Shown in pieces: positions 1 to 9,435 of a stretch of DNA of 20,000 nt. The notes below the pieces were generated by a model. The model made no database searches, had not been told where the DNA came from, and saw only the letters and a program-made list of their open reading frames with translations. A program made the position numbers and the translations under genes. Source of the stretch: Pelagomonas calceolata (lineage: Eukaryota); the NCBI GenBank assembly GCA_918797485.1, contig CAKKNE010000002.1, positions 6,120,474-6,140,473 on the forward strand, written 5' to 3'. Within the stretch, counting starts at the first letter, position 1. Each line of letters starts with the position of its first letter.

Positions 1-706
1 CCAAGCCCTCCTTCTCGGGGGCCCAGAACTGGAGGCCGCACGCCTCCAATCGTTTGCGGTCCCACTTCGCGAGGCTCGCGGGCAGGAACGCGTAGCCCTT
101 CTTGCGCACGTCCGAGCCCTTGCCCTCCCACGACTGCAGGAGCTTGCCTCGCTTGAGCGCCGCCACGATGCTGCCGTGGAGCTGGCGCAGCGGCGCGAAG
201 ACCTTGGGGTCCAACGAACAGAACCCCGCGCCCGCGCAGGCGTGGTCGGCCGGGGCCATGCCGCCCTCGAAGCGTAGCGGCCGCGCCTTCTCGACGAGCG
301 CCTCGAGCTCCTCGCGGTCCTTTCGTTCTTCTTTCGAGTGGGCGCGGTTCTCCTTCTTCTTCTTCGGAGGCGACGGGAGCGGCTCCGGCTGCTTCTCGAC
401 GCGGCGCTTCTTCGGCTTCTTGCAGTCCTGGCAGAGCCACTCGCCGCGCGGCAGCCGCGTCAAGCCGACGCACGCAAAGTGGAACCAGTTGTCGCAGCCG
501 CCTTCGCACGCGACCATCTCGCCGTAGTAGCTGCCGCCGCAAACGCAGCCGCGCCAGTCGGCCCACTCGTCGTCGACGCCCTGGACCAGGGGCGCGGCCT
601 TGTCGTCGGCAGCTGCGGCCTGCTCGCGCGCGTACGCCTCGCGGATCGCTTCCGCACTCTGGTCCGCCGCGAGCGTGCGCGCCTCGTCGTGCATGGGGTC
701 ATCCAT
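1..706 (-). CDS. PHD-finger protein (ING-type PHD), 3' part runs off the window
   Basis: Not in the ORF track; hand translation from ATG at 706 gives [15 protein letters not shown]...[42 protein letters not shown] (C4HC3 PHD), then a Lys-rich NLS-like stretch (PPKKKK). The frame is open to position 1. Confidence 0.85.
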   Translation of the reverse strand, partial: MDDPMHDEARTLAADQSAEAIREAYAREQAAAADDKAAPLVQGVDDEWADWRGCVCGGSYYGEMVACEGGCDNWFHFACVGLTRLPRGEWLCQDCKKPKKRRVEKQPEPLPSPPKKKKENRAHSKEERKDREELEALVEKARPLRFEGGMAPADHACAGAGFCSLDPKVFAPLRQLHGSIVAALKRGKLLQSWEGKGSDVRKKGYAFLPASLAKWDRKRLEACGLQFWAPEKEGL

Positions 707-935
707 GCTGAAGGTCTCTGCACGCCTTCGTCGGGCGCAAAAGCTGCGCGCTGTCGATGGCTTATACCAAACGTGTCAAAAGCGATTTTTACGCAGCGAA
801 TACTTGCGTAAATGGCCAAGTTCTGGCTGTGTTGACCTCGAGACAAAACCCGTGCCGACTCTCGAAACCTGTCGCTGGCGCCAAAAAAAAAACACTAAAA
901 TTCACAAACGAGAGAGAGTGACTACTTTTACACAG

Positions 936-3900
936 TTATACCTTCGCCGCGCCGCACGCCGCGCACTGGAGGAAGCCCGCCTCGGCCTCGGAATGGGCGT
1001 AGGTGCACTTGGAGCAGGTCCAGGGCTCCGCATCGACGTCGAAGACGACGTCCGAGGCCGACGGCTTCTTCGGCGCGGGCTTCTTGGCCTTGGGCGCGAA
1101 GAAGCTGCGCACGTCGCCGCCGGCCGACGACGCCTTGCGCTTGGCGGGAGCGGAGCGGCGCTTCGCGGGCGGCGCCCGCTGCGATGGCGGCGCCCGCTGC
1201 GGCGGCGGCGGCGGCGGCTTCGGCGCGAGCGGCGCCCGAGGCGCGCCCGAGTCGTCGCCCTTCTTCTTGAAGAAGGACTGGATCGTCTTGGGCGGCGTCG
1301 TCGCCGCGCGGAGCTTCGCCGCGTCGACAGGCGTCGGCGGCTCGGCTCGCACGTGCTGGCGCGCGTGGGCCGCGCGCTGGCGGCTCCGCTGGGCGAGCGC
1401 CGCGCGCAGCGTATTGAGGACGTGCGTCGGGAACCGCACGCCGACGATCGTCTCGGACGGCAGCACGACGCGGACCGCGCGGAGGCGCTGGTCCTCCTTG
1501 TTCATCTCGACTTGGCGCTCCGCGACGGTCTGGGCGAGCGCCGGCCAGAGCGGCAGGACGTTGCCCGCGACGAGGCCGAGCCGCTTGAGCCGGCCGCCGT
1601 TGTCCTGGTTGTGCGACGACTCGTACTCCAGCGTCCACGCCTTGCGCAGCTGCTCCCGCTCCTCGTCGGACGCCGACGGCAGGCCGCCAGCGTGGCACGT
1701 GTACTTGCTAATGATGTCGTGCGCGAAGAGCTCGGTCGCGTTGGCGCCCGTGTTCGGCCGCGTGATGAGAAAGGTCTGGGCCGCGTTCGCCTTGCGGACC
1801 GCCATCATGATGTAGGGCCGCTTCGTCCGCGTGTTGGTGTGGTTCGAGATGTAAAAGCCCGCGCCCCGAAACGACCGCCGCGTCGCGTCCGGGTCGTTGT
1901 CGCCCGGCCTTGCGTTCGCGCGGCCCGTGCGCAGCTGGTCCTGCGCCGCGTCGAACGACGCGCCGCGATCCAGCGTGAGCTCGTAGAGTTTGGTAGACGC
2001 GCCGGACACGGCGTCGACGTCGACGGTGGTCACGGCGTTCACGACGACCGACGACGCGCGCACGGACGCCAGCCCGGCGTCGTAGGACCCCGCCGCCTTG
2101 GCCGCCTTGACGACGGCGGCGTGCGCCACGGAAAAGTACTGGAACAGCAGCTTTTGGTCCGCGACGGGCGTCGCCTGGAGCCGATTCAAGAACAGCCTCA
2201 CGTCGCCGTCCTTTTTTGGTTCGAGGTCGAGCGTGTCGTAGGCGTGGTGCGCGGCCGCGGCGAGCATGGACGTCTCGTCGGAGGCGTTGTAGAGCTGGGG
2301 CGCCTCCTCGTAGAGGTAGGGCGCGAACGCGTCGTAGGCCGCGCGCCGCGTCGACCGCGCCCTCGCGGCGTCGCGCGCCATCGCGACGGCCGCGCGCAAG
2401 GCGTCGTTCTCCGCGCCGTCGGGATCGACGTTGGCCGCGACACTTCGCGGGTCCCGCCCGTAGTCGCGGCACGCGCGCGCCACGTTCTTCAGCGCGTCCC
2501 GACCCTGGGGCGTGTCCAGGTCAAAGTCGCCCAGGTCCTGGCCCGACGCCGCCCGGCGGTCGCCCTTGGTGAGGGCCCCCAGGGACGCCAGACGCTTCGC
2601 GACGGCCGCGGCGAACCGCGCTTCTCCCCCGAGATCCGTCGCCAGCAGCGCGTAGACGGGCGCCGTGGCCTGGTGCGAGCGGTGCGTCCGGCCCAATTGC
2701 TGGATACACTTGTCCGCGGACCAGGCCAACTCCAACGTCACGTGGACGCGGCGGTGCTGCGCGCCTTTGGAACCAATGGCCGCGTGCAAGGACACGCCCG
2801 TCGAGGCCGCGTCCGAGATGATGGCGATGCGCTTCTTGCCGTCCTGAAAGGCCGCGCGCTCCCGGAGGTTCGTCGTCGTGCTGTCCTGGTCCCGCGAGGC
2901 GTCGAACCGCTGCTCGTAGCGGTAGCGGCCGTTCTTGCGCGCGACGCGGAGGCCCCGGCCCGTCATTTCCGCCACCGTGTCGGGCCCGCCGAGCCGGTCG
3001 ATGAGATCATCTAAAGGCGACGGTGGCACCGGCAAGTCGTCGAGGCGCTGAAGGATCGCGTCGCGCAGCGCGACGAGCTCGGGGATGGGCTCGCCCTGTT
3101 TCTCCGCCGCCGCGCGCCGCGCGGCCTTCCACCGCGCGACGTGCTCCGCGGAGGGCGGGCCCCGGTCCGTCGTCAGGATCTTCCGCACGACCGCGTCGTC
3201 GATTTCCTCCAGGGGCTCCGGCGCCGGTTGTACCGGAAAGTGCTGCTGCACGAACGCGCGCGCCGACGAGCGCGCCGCGGCCACGAGCCCCGGCGCCGCG
3301 TCGCCGACCTTGGCGTGGGCCTCGGCCATGACGTCCCGCAGCCCCGCCTCGCCGGTCGACTGGAGGCCGACGACGACGGACTTGCCGGCGGCCACGGCCT
3401 CCTTGGCGCGCTCGGCCACGTACGGCACCTTGGCCGCCGTCTGGACCTCGCGGAAGAAGCGGAGCTGCGCGCCCCAGAAGCGCTGGCGCGCCGTGCCCGC
3501 CGCCGCGCCGCGGAGCTGCGTGCGCGTGATGGCGCGGTCGAGGGCGCGCCGGAGGCCTGCGCGCGCGAGGAGCCCGTTTGGTTTCGTTTCGAGAGAGGGG
3601 ACGCGGCGTCGGCACCGCGCCACCACGCCGCCGCCTCGTCGTACGCGTCGCTGGCCTCTTTATCCAGATCGCAGGTCCAGCGCTCGAACTCGCAGCGCTG
3701 CCAGGCGAGGCCCCGCGACACGTAGGCGCCGCTCGACTTGAGCTCGAGCGCGAGCAGCTCCAGCGCGCCGACGCCGCGCTTCTCGAGCGTGTCGGCGAAT
3801 GTCTTAAAGTCGGCGAAGGACGTGCCCGCGCCCCACAAGCCCAGCCGCTCCGCGTAGGCCATGTTCTTGATCTCCGAGACGCCCGTCGCCGACGCGTAGA

Positions 3901-5078
3901 TCACTCGCGACAAAGGGAGCTTGTCCTGCAGGGCGCGGACGGCGCGCGAGACCTTCGTCGAGGCCTCCTCGTTGGACGCGTCAAAGTTCTTGGCGCCTGT
4001 GCGTCGCAATACGTCTAAGCCACGACTACGGGCGACGAGAAGTGTAAAGCTATTTCAAAACACAGCTTCGCTACGGTGCGCCTCGTCGAAGATGACGCAG
4101 CCGTCGAAGCTGGGGCCGCCGCACCACGCGACCAGTTGGTCGAGGCGCGACTGCTTCTTCGTCGTGGCGGCCGAGACCAACGTCGCGTAGGTCGCGAAGA
4201 GGACCGCGTTCTTGAGCGTCGGCCCGCCAAAGGCCTTCTTTTGTAACGCGTCGAGGCCGCGGCAGCCGTCGAGGACGGGAATGTGGCACGACACCGCCTG
4301 GAGGTCCCGCTCCGCGTCCACCCGCAAATCGGTGCCGACCGAGAACCAGAGGTGCCGGCCGCGGCCGCGCGCGACGCCGTCCAGGATGCACCCGGCGAGC
4401 TGGCGGCCCTTGCCGACGCCCGCGCCTGCGTGCGAATCGATCGATCATGCCATCTGCGCTCCGTGGAAAATGAATGCGATTCGCGCGCTGGCCCGCGCCG
4501 TCGCCCAGGAAGAATCCCGCGCGGACGCCGTTCGCGACGACGGCGTGGCGCCGCGCCGCGCGCAGCGCGCCCTCGAGCTGCAGCGCCGACAGCGCGCCCG
4601 AGTTCGCGCAGGCCTCGAGCGCCGCGCCCGGGTCGACGTCGACGAGGGAGGGCGCGGCGACCGACGCCAACAGCACGGACTCGCTGATCTCGCCCGGGTG
4701 CACGCGGGCGTTTGCTAGACTTGCCGGCAGCGGCGGCGCCGCGTAGGCGGCGAAGACCTCGGCCTCGATCGCCTCGTCGACGGCGTCCGCGTCGTCCTCC
4801 TTGGGCTGCGGCGCGGCGCCGGACGCCGGAGCTGCGTGCGCGGCGCCGGCCGCGGGCGCGGCGCGCGGCGGCGGCGGCGCCGACGACGAGGCCTTCGAGT
4901 CGTCGTCGCCGAACTTGAGCATGCGGTACAAGGCGACCTCGGCCTGCTGCGCGTTGAGGCCCTCCGCCTTCTTTTGGACGTAGAATTGGCAGCAGCCCGA
5001 GATTAGCGACGCGTCGGGGCGCTTAACGCTCGCGCGCTCGAGGGCGCGCAGCGCGGCTGCTCTGGACTCAGCACTCAT
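936..5078 (-). CDS. Strawberry notch (SBNO)-family SF2 helicase-like protein with C-terminal RanBP2-type zinc finger; 4 exons (5078-4499, 4425-4075, 3996-3616, 3556-936)
   Basis: The spliced product restores SBNO motifs LSALQLEG, GFFLGDGAGVGKGRQ, FDEAHRAKN, YASATG, YAERLGLWG, FWGAQLRFF, GLQSTGE, AEMTGR, IISDAASTGVSLHA, ELAWSADKCIQQLGRTHRS and KRLASLGALT. The C-terminus reads WTCSKCT...CAACG. Intron lengths of 73, 78 and 59 nt match the frame shifts between the ORF-track pieces. Confidence 0.93.
3557..3615 (-). other. Spliceosomal intron (GT-AG, 59 nt) in SBNO gene
   Basis: TGG CGC G|GTGCCG...GCGCAG|GC CTC joins WWRG-LRRAL and corrects the frame. Confidence 0.8.
3997..4074 (-). other. Spliceosomal intron (GT-AG, 78 nt) in SBNO gene
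   Basis: CAC C|GTAGCG...GCACAG|GC GCC AAG restores the DEAHRAKN motif; the intron contains an in-frame stop. Confidence 0.88.
4418..4498 (-). mobile_element. Introner element (MITE-like) forming a 73-nt GC-AG intron (4426-4498); element 4426-4490; 8-bp TSD at 4418-4425 and 4491-4498
   Basis: Minus strand: GAC G|GCGCGGGC CAGCGCGCGAATCG...CGATTCGCACGCAG|GCGCGGGC GTC. There is a perfect 8-bp direct repeat and 14-bp terminal inverted repeats with 2 mismatches. Removal restores GDGAGVGKGRQ. Confidence 0.88.
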
Positions 5079-5368
5079 TTTTTTGAATCCAGTAGGGAGA
5101 GCGCTCCTCGCGCTCTCGGTCAATGCGCAGCGCGCGCGGCTCGCGCAGCGCTTTTAGGTCGCTGCGAGCTCTTGCGGCGAGCACCTCCCACTCGTAGGCG
5201 CCCCGTCGAGCAGCGCTCGAGCTGAAATCGGTCCATGACGGGTTTTTGTCCCAAAAAAAGCGCTGGCCAAAGCGCGCCAAAACGGCAGGTCAGAAGCACG
5301 CAGACCTCGTGAAAGACGCCCATTTGACGTATCGTACCAAAGCAAGCCAAAAAGCGCACAGCTGTCGG

Positions 5369-6274
5369 ATGCGCCTTTGCAGCATCGCGGCGCTCGTCGC
5401 CGTGCGCGCCGCAGCGCTGCAACCCGTGCGACGGCTGCAGCCACTGCGTGCAGCAGCCACCGCAGAGCCAGCAGCGCGAAAGCCTGCGAACCTGCGCGCC
5501 GCGGCCTCGGCGACCGCCTGGGCCGCGAGCGCCGCGTACTCTCTCGGCACGTACAAGCCCCACCGCATAGCTCACAACGCCGTCGGCATTGCACAAGCAC
5601 TAACCGCCCTACCGCTCGTCGCTGCCGCGGCCCAGGCGCCCGACGACAGGCGCCTCGCGCTGGCCTGGGCCGCCGCGAGCGCGTGGTCGGTCGCGTGCGT
5701 CGTCTTTGCGCCGGCGGTCACGCGCGCGTTCGTGCGGGGCACGTCGCACCCGGTGCGCTACCCGCCAGCCCTCGCTGCGCTGGCGATCGGGCTGCACGTC
5801 TTTGCGGGAGTCGGCGCGACGCGGAGCTGGCGTCGGGCGGGCGGCACGCCGGACACGGCGGTGAGCGGCGTGCTCCGCGGCGTCGCGCCGGCCGAGGACG
5901 TTTCGTCGACGGCCGCCGTCGAGCTCGCCTTTTGCGCCCGCGCGTTCGCCGTCTTCGCCGCCGGCGCGATCCTGGCGCCGTTCCCCGTCGCGACGCTGCC
6001 GAGTCTCCTGGGCAAGCGGATGGCGCGCGCGTTCGGCGCCTGGTCTCTGCTGGGCGCCGCGGCGTGCCTCTCGCTGCGGGACGCGAAAGGCGCCGCCGCG
6101 CGGCCGCTGAAGCGCGGGCTCCGGGCGCACGCGCTGGCACACGTCGCCCTCGCCGCGGCGCGGCCGTTCGTCGACGGCATGGGCCTCTACCCGGCGGCGA
6201 CGGCGTGCGCGCCCGCCTGGGCGGCGACGCTCCTCGCGTACGGCGTTTTGTTGGACGGAGTAAGGCGGTGCTAG
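5369..6274 (+). CDS. Multi-pass membrane protein of unknown function, probably plastid-targeted
   Basis: ORF from ATG 5369 (MRLCSIAALVAVRAAALQPVRRLQPLRAAA) resembles a signal peptide plus Arg-rich transit peptide. It has several hydrophobic segments and GC3-rich codons. Confidence 0.65.
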   Translation: MRLCSIAALVAVRAAALQPVRRLQPLRAAATAEPAARKPANLRAAASATAWAASAAYSLGTYKPHRIAHNAVGIAQALTALPLVAAAAQAPDDRRLALAWAAASAWSVACVVFAPAVTRAFVRGTSHPVRYPPALAALAIGLHVFAGVGATRSWRRAGGTPDTAVSGVLRGVAPAEDVSSTAAVELAFCARAFAVFAAGAILAPFPVATLPSLLGKRMARAFGAWSLLGAAACLSLRDAKGAAARPLKRGLRAHALAHVALAAARPFVDGMGLYPAATACAPAWAATLLAYGVLLDGVRRC

Positions 6275-6565
6275 TTTTTATTTCTGAGGCTGATCAGCTC
6301 GTTCCGGGACGTTTCTAGAGTCCGAGATTTTCCGAGATTTATTTAGCGGCTCTTTGGCATGATCGCCTGCGGTCCTGCGGTACTCCGCCTCACCAAAAAA
6401 GAAGCCAGCGAACGCATCGTCGCGCCGCGTCCCCCGACCCCCGCCACACGCGCAACTGTCCCCATCTCCACGCGCTGCGGCGAGCGGGGGGAGCTGCGCA
6501 AACAAGGCAATCTGGGGGCAGCCCCTCTTCTCTGGCATCGACGCCGTGCCGCGAACCCGCCCCTC

Positions 6566-8167
6566 ATGAAGCTCGCCCTCCTCGCCCTCGCGGCCACGAC
6601 GGCGCACGCCGCCTGCCCGAACTCGTGCAGCGGCCACGGCACGTGCGGCGCCGACGACACGTGCACGTGCTACCAGGACTGGGTCATGGGCGACCAGGAC
6701 GGCGGCGACTGCTCGGACCGCCGCTGCCCCTACCAGGTCGCCTGGTCGGCCGGCCCCGACAAGACGGGCAACATCCACACGTACGCCGAGTGCGCCGGCG
6801 TCGGCATCTGCGACCGCGGCTCGGGTGACTGCGAGTGCTTCGAGGGCTACACGGGCCGCGGCTGCGGCCTCCAGACCTGCCCGAACGACTGCTCGGGCCA
6901 CGGCGAGTGCGTCTACGCCGAGGACGTGACCTTCGGCACCGTCTACGGCGACTACAACGTAGACGCACCGTCTGGGGGCCTCGGCGTCGGCGCCGTCAAG
7001 ATCCCCCAAAAGCCCAACTGGGACTCGGGCAAGGTGCGCATGTGCGTCTGCGATCCGGGCTACACGGACATCGACTGCTCGCGCCGCATGTGCCCCAAGG
7101 GCAACGACGTCATGGACGAGCGTTTGGACCTGGTCACGGCGCTCAAGTACCACAGGCAGTATTTGGTTCTCATTGGCGCCGGTGCGCTCGGCGACGGCGT
7201 CGCGTACGACGACGCGGGTGCCGAGTGCCAAACGTCGCAGATCAAGTTCCAATCTACCCAACCCACTTCCGACGCGTGCTTCGCCGACCTCGTCGGCCGC
7301 TCCTTCGCCCTCACGTTCACGTCCCAGCTCAACCAGTCCTACACGACGAGGCCCATCGTCATCGCGAAGATCAGCGACCAGACCGGCAGCACCGACACCG
7401 AGAAGCGGGACGCCGCCCAAACGGCGACGGCCGCGGCCGTGAAGGACGCTTTGCGCGAGCTCCCCAACTACGTCATCGATGACTGCGAAGTGGACTGCTG
7501 GTACGAGGATACCTCGGGCGTCGGCGCACACTACCCGTCCGTGAAGTGCGAGGTCGAGTTCACCGGGTCGTCCGTCGCGGGCCCCCAGTACCTCCTGGAG
7601 GTCGAGGCCGACAAGTGCGACTCCGGCTGCACGCCCCAGCTGTCGAACCCGGTCCGGCTCAAGTCCGCCCTGAGGCCCTCGACGGAGGGCAACCCCACGT
7701 GCCCATACCCACCCTATGAATGTGGGACTGCCTTCTGGGGCAAGAGCGGGACGTATGGTATTGTGGGCACAGCGGGGATTGATGATAGTGCTACGACGCT
7801 TCCCGTAACGGATGGTGCTGATATTGGTGTAGATGCAACCGGTCTTGACAAATACATCATGGTCGGCAGCGAGGTCATGCAACTTACCGCCATCGCGGGT
7901 ACGTCTCTGACTGTAGTGCGCGGCCACGATGGAACGACTGCTGCGGCTCACGCCGGTGGAGATATAGTATACCTCTTATCCGGCACGACCAAGGGTTCTC
8001 AAGGTCCGCACCCGGACGTCCTCTCGCACGTCGCTGAGGAGGAGGCTGCCGACTACAACTCGTTCGAGTGCGGCCGCCGCGGCAAGTGCGACTACTCGTC
8101 CGGCGAGTGCGAGTGCTTCGAGGGCTACATGGGCGACCGCTGCCAGACCCAGACGGCGCTCATCTGA
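6566..8167 (+). CDS. Secreted EGF/tenascin-repeat protein of the stramenopile tubular mastigoneme (Sig1/Ocm-like) family
   Basis: Signal peptide [15 protein letters not shown], then EGF-like repeats [48 protein letters not shown] and [23 protein letters not shown] long spacer precedes the C-terminal [23 protein letters not shown]...QTALI. The architecture is recognised from memory as mastigoneme-type. Confidence 0.82.
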   Translation: MKLALLALAATTAHAACPNSCSGHGTCGADDTCTCYQDWVMGDQDGGDCSDRRCPYQVAWSAGPDKTGNIHTYAECAGVGICDRGSGDCECFEGYTGRGCGLQTCPNDCSGHGECVYAEDVTFGTVYGDYNVDAPSGGLGVGAVKIPQKPNWDSGKVRMCVCDPGYTDIDCSRRMCPKGNDVMDERLDLVTALKYHRQYLVLIGAGALGDGVAYDDAGAECQTSQIKFQSTQPTSDACFADLVGRSFALTFTSQLNQSYTTRPIVIAKISDQTGSTDTEKRDAAQTATAAAVKDALRELPNYVIDDCEVDCWYEDTSGVGAHYPSVKCEVEFTGSSVAGPQYLLEVEADKCDSGCTPQLSNPVRLKSALRPSTEGNPTCPYPPYECGTAFWGKSGTYGIVGTAGIDDSATTLPVTDGADIGVDATGLDKYIMVGSEVMQLTAIAGTSLTVVRGHDGTTAAAHAGGDIVYLLSGTTKGSQGPHPDVLSHVAEEEAADYNSFECGRRGKCDYSSGECECFEGYMGDRCQTQTALI

Positions 8168-8292
8168 GCCGTCCCTCCCCGTCCCCCCCCCGGCCGGTCG
8201 CGTCGACTTTCGTTCGGTCAAGTTGAGCGTTTCCGCGAATACATATTTCCAAGTCCTAATACTAGTAGGCATCTTTCCTTAAAGTTAGACCT

Positions 8293-8409
8293 GCTGCTTC
8301 CCAAACGCCGCCAAAATACCCGTATATTTCACTATCAAATATTAATAAACAGAAATCGCCAGCCGAGCCGCCATCAGCTGATGAGGGGCGACGTCGCCGC
8401 GAAGACCGC
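8293..8409 (-). repeat. Inverted copy of 18571-18688 (last codons and 3' UTR of the TPR-glycosyltransferase gene)
   Basis: Hand alignment to the reverse complement of 18571-18688 shows about 10 substitutions and 2 small indels over ~117 bp. Shared blocks include AAATATTAATAAACAGAAATC and AGCCGCCATCAGCTGATGAG. Confidence 0.92.
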
Positions 8410-8431
8410 AGGAGCTTATCCGTCTGATTTA

Positions 8432-8899
8432 CTAGAAGCAACAAACGCGCACGCCGACCGAGCAGCCGTCCGGCGGATGGCCGGGGGCCATGCACGCGCA
8501 GAGGCGATTATTGAAGGTCTCCCAGTCCTCGTCGTGCTCATGCCAGTGGAACGTGTTGGTGCCCGACGTTCGCCGGTACTCGCGGCCGCAGAGAGGTTGA
8601 GGGAAACAGCATTGAAAGTCACGCACGTACGCGTCTTCGTCAACAGCCCGGAGCGTCGCGCACCAAGGGAAAACCATCAACGCCCACCCGCACCAGACCC
8701 CTCTGAGAGAATGGGCCGAGATGCGACCTTCGAAGTGTGTCTGGCCGTGCCATTGTCCCCGCTCCATCGGTATTGGCACGACCGGCGTGAATTGCTCCGC
8801 CGCCGCGGACGCTTGCAGCCTGAGGAATAACGACGGCTTCCTGCATCTCATGTCCGACGACATAACCCTGCACGATCTTTTCCCCTTCGTACACCTCCA
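8432..8899 (-). CDS. Small Cys-rich protein of unknown function; 5' end uncertain, possibly frameshifted or a pseudogene
   Basis: ORF 8432-8863 has a protein-like C-terminal half (MERGQWHG...GVWCGWALMVFPWC...RRTSGTNTFHW...CACM...VRVCCF). A plausible N-terminus (MEVYEGEKIVQGYVVG..., ATG ~8899) lies in a different frame, with no obvious intron joining them. Confidence 0.4.
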   Translation of the reverse strand, partial: WRCTKGKRSCRVMSSDMRCRKPSLFLRLQASAAAEQFTPVVPIPMERGQWHGQTHFEGRISAHSLRGVWCGWALMVFPWCATLRAVDEDAYVRDFQCCFPQPLCGREYRRTSGTNTFHWHEHDEDWETFNNRLCACMAPGHPPDGCSVGVRVCCF

Positions 8900-9135
8900 T
8901 CTCTATTGCGGCGGGTGGTGTCTGGGCTGCTGCCAAAAGGGGCAGCTTATTTACACAAAATGTGCAAGACTCTGCTGTTTTTGCGCAGGTCACGATCTCT
9001 TTGGCACCATACCGATTGGCCACGGCCGCCTGCCGGTGAAATCGGCGCCGCGCGCCTCCTCGTGTTAGTTCCAGGCTCCTGGTGCTCTGGATGCTCTCCC
9101 CCCCTAATTTTACCCCCCCCTGCGTCCACAGAGCC

Positions 9136-9148
9136 AAAAAACAAAAAA
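9136..9148 (-). terminator. RNA polymerase III terminator (two T6 tracts) downstream of the tRNA gene
   Basis: Minus strand TTTTTTGTTTTTT begins ~17 nt after the discriminator base. Confidence 0.75.
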
Positions 9149-9165
9149 GAAGGGTCTGATTACCG

Positions 9166-9301
9166 TGCTCAATACCGGGAGGTCGCCGAATTTGATCGGG
9201 CTCGAACCGGTGACCTCAGGCAAGCTTCCTTCATGGAGAAGGGCATAAGACCTGCACTCTGACCAAATACCCGGACAAGGAGTCCTCTGAGTTAATCGAG
9301 C
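9166..9301 (-). tRNA. trnI-UAU: tRNA-Ile(UAU) interrupted by three introns: 9267-9286 (15/16), 9223-9243 (37/38), 9180-9200 (59/60)
   Basis: Removing 20+21+21 nt gives a 74-nt cloverleaf GCTCGATTAACTCAGTTGGTCAGAGTGCAGGTCTTATGTGCCTGAGGTCACCGGTTCGAGCCCGGTATTGAGCA. Stems: acceptor GCTCGAT/ATTGAGC, D ACTC/GAGT, anticodon CAGGT/GCCTG, T ACCGG/CCGGT. It has T-loop TTCGAGC, anticodon TAT and discriminator A, with oligo-T downstream. Confidence 0.92.
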
Positions 9302-9435
9302 AATAATCAGCGGCCGGCGCACACGCGTGTAGGAGTGCTGCCAGACCTGCTTTTTCGGCGTTTTTGTGAGATAGGTAGGAACGCAAAAGAAAACCCGGTG
9401 GCCCGTAAATCAGTCCGAGGCTGCCACAAAACACC

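Noticed and set aside
600..3014. 804-aa plus-strand ORF
   Set aside because: It is the antisense shadow of the SBNO gene; GC-rich codon bias suppresses stops, and the Arg-rich product has no recognisable motifs.
6278..7951. 557-aa minus-strand ORF
   Set aside because: It is antisense to the mastigoneme gene and has no independent coding evidence.
9166..9301. Interpretation as a tRNA pseudogene or SINE head
   Set aside because: All four stems pair fully after intron removal, each insert has BHB-type pairing, and a Pol III terminator follows, which random decay would not produce.
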